A stretch of DNA of 64,000 bases from Pelomyxa schiedti (taxonomy: Eukaryota; Protista; Evosea). A program made the position numbers and the translations under genes. Below the pieces are notes generated by a model. That model was not told the DNA's origin. It worked only from the letters and a program-made list of their open reading frames with translations, and searched no databases. Where the stretch lies: contig JAHLWZ010000171.1 in the NCBI GenBank assembly GCA_020536535.1, positions 1-64,000 on the forward strand. Reading direction: 5' to 3'. Numbering within the stretch: the stretch's first letter is position 1; the number at the start of each line of letters is the position of its first letter. Below are positions 62,301 to 64,000 of the stretch, in pieces.

Positions 62301-62989
62301 GCTGCAGGCCGTGTCGACCGTGAGGCTGGGCCCGCGGAAGTCGAAGAACCACGACAGGCGGTTGCTCAGCATCGCGAGGGCCGCGCCGTTGGCAGTGTAG
62401 GGGGAGATGTCCGGCTCGCTCTGCATCAGTATCACCGGCCAGTCCACCCCGAAGCTGGCCACAAACACGCCCGTCGAGTTCCCCCCGGGCAGCACCTTCC
62501 TCGTGCACGAGGAGGACGAGGCGACGGGGAAGGGCTCCCCGGCGTCTGCGAGGGCCTCGCAGGAGAGCTGCAGGAGTTGGTGCTGGACTGGGCCCAGGAA
62601 GGAGGCTTCTTTGCCGGAGAGGCCGAAGAAGGAGGGGTCGGCGCTGGTGACCGGCTCCTCGAGGGTGCCGGCGTAGGGGGTTTTGATCTTGCCTGGCCCG
62701 CAGTGCACGCCCGTGTCGAGCTTGTAGGCCGGGATCTGCCGAACGGCGTCGGCGCATTCGTGCAGGAGCTGGTAATATTCGTCGAGGTTTCTCGCGGTGG
62801 GAAATTTACAGCTGGTGCCGATTACTGCCACGAGAAATCTGTTCGTTCGTTATTGGTGGGGTGGAATGTTTAATTGGGGTGTCGGCGGAAAGGAAAAGAA
62901 AACCGCGAAGTAATGATGACGGGAATAGGAACGGTTTGGGAAAATGTGGAAAACAACCTGTCGTTGCCTGCATCATCACCACCGGACAT
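53355..62989 (-). CDS. Highly reducing type I polyketide synthase fused to a PLP-dependent alpha-oxoamine synthase (KS-AT-DH/cMT-ER-KR-ACP-AOS), about 3,099 aa
   Basis: Exons 62989-62958, 62838-62085, 61924-61562, 61505-53355 join in frame. KS: DTACSGS, EAHGTGT, NIGHTE. AT: GHSVG, AFHS. DH: DHKV..VVPGA, HPTVLDGCFQ. MT: LEIGGGTGG. ER: HSAAGGVG. KR: GGLSGFG, QTPYVAGN. ACP: GIDSL. AOS: NHASI, DAVFSMEG, DEAHS, TLSKA. Confidence 0.95.
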
Positions 62990-63382
62990 TGCCTTGTTTC
63001 GGGCTGTTGTTGATACAACAAGAAGAAAAATAAAAACAGTCTGTTACGGTAGGAACCGCCTGTGTGTGATTAAAAACTGCAATTACATTCCCATATATTT
63101 CGCATATGCTTGTTGTTGACCGCTGACTTCAGACACACCCCATTTTGAGCAACTGTTCCCTGATCACCGGCCGGAATGTCCCAAATCTCATCACATCAGA
63201 TTCATCTTGCCCTCTCTAAGAAAGCGAATTCTGATCTCGTCTGAACATTCCAACCGACACCCCAACGCGGAAGGTGCGCCAATCCAGGGTTTTCGTCTCT
63301 CTTCTAACACCAAAGCAAACAACCAACTCAACGCCAACAAAAAAAAAAAAAAAAAAATACCAAGCTAGGTGACGCGCCGCGC

Positions 63383-64000
63383 ATGTCGTCACCGACGTCG
63401 ATGTCGGTGCCGACGACGATGGCGAGCACCACCACCACGCCGACCACTACGTCGTCGCCGATGAGAGTGATGTGGAGGTCGCGCGCGTCGTTCGCCGCCG
63501 AGGAGGCCGGCGTCCCGCTGGCGCGCAGCTGCCACACCACCACGCTCGTCCCCGCCGACAACGACGAGGAGATCGCGCTCGTTTTCGGCGGGTACCTCAG
63601 CCACCACTCGGCGTTCAAGGTCGCGCCGCCGTCGTCGTCCCCGCCCTCCTCCTCGTCCTCGATGTCGATGGCGGCGGCGGCGGCGTCGGCTTCGTCCTCG
63701 GCGTCTTCGTCGTCCGCGTCGTCGGCGTCCTCGTCGGCGTCGTCTTCGTCGGGGCTGGGGTCCGGCGGCGGCGGCGTCTCGAGCGTGACTGGGCCCAACA
63801 GCCTCATGATGATGTCTGCGTCGTCGTCGCTCGCGGCGTCGCCGATGCCTCCTCTGCCACCGCCGCTGATAATTCCGGGAGGTGCCGGGGGAGGTTCTGG
63901 GAGTTCTATGTCGATGGGGATGGGAATGGGATGCAGTGGTTCTATGATGCTATCCAACGCACCTGTCTCGGTGTCGCAGAGTGGCGGTGGATTGTCATCT
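63383..64000 (+). CDS. 5' part of a probable Kelch-repeat protein; runs off the window
   Basis: Open frame from ATG 63383 to the window end; PLARSCHTTTLV..ALVFGG Kelch-like motif followed by a Ser-rich tract. Confidence 0.55.
   Translation, partial: MSSPTSMSVPTTMASTTTTPTTTSSPMRVMWRSRASFAAEEAGVPLARSCHTTTLVPADNDEEIALVFGGYLSHHSAFKVAPPSSSPPSSSSSMSMAAAAASASSSASSSSASSASSSASSSSGLGSGGGGVSSVTGPNSLMMMSASSSLAASPMPPLPPPLIIPGGAGGGSGSSMSMGMGMGCSGSMMLSNAPVSVSQSGGGLSS

Noticed and set aside
63328-63957. 209-aa acidic minus-strand ORF
   Set aside because: Likely shadow of the plus-strand Kelch-like frame that runs off the window
1-64000. Frequent in-frame stops suggesting an alternative genetic code or pseudogenes
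   Set aside because: Where examined, they resolve as short GT-AG introns; the 8-kb PKS exon reads cleanly in the standard code

Overview
Gene-dense eukaryotic (protist) DNA. It has about 22 protein-coding genes split by many short GT-AG introns, so the ORF track is mostly exon fragments and antisense shadows. Gene content and a Dictyostelium-type snRNA promoter motif suggest Amoebozoa, possibly an archamoeba (inference only). Housekeeping genes include RPN1, NAP1, a V-ATPase proteolipid, CLASRP, LMBRD2, TMEM181, EF-hand proteins, a CARMIL-like protein and a Thg1-like protein. Highlights: (1) a head-to-head pair of very divergent U1 snRNA genes, one canonical (ACUUAC) and one variant (ACAUAC, complementary to GUAUGU donors), each with ACCCATAA 62-63 nt upstream; (2) a third, unidentified ~200-nt structured RNA behind the same element at the same spacing; (3) a ~3,100-aa reducing type I PKS with a C-terminal PLP-dependent alpha-oxoamine synthase, a methyltransferase apparently inserted inside the dehydratase, and an adjacent co-oriented GNAT gene; (4) a PINK1-like kinase fused to a variable Sel1 array; (5) a V-ATPase proteolipid with two ion-binding glutamates; (6) an ART-ARM-LRR-SH3 protein. 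CDS coordinates are gene spans including introns, spliced by eye. No database searches were run.
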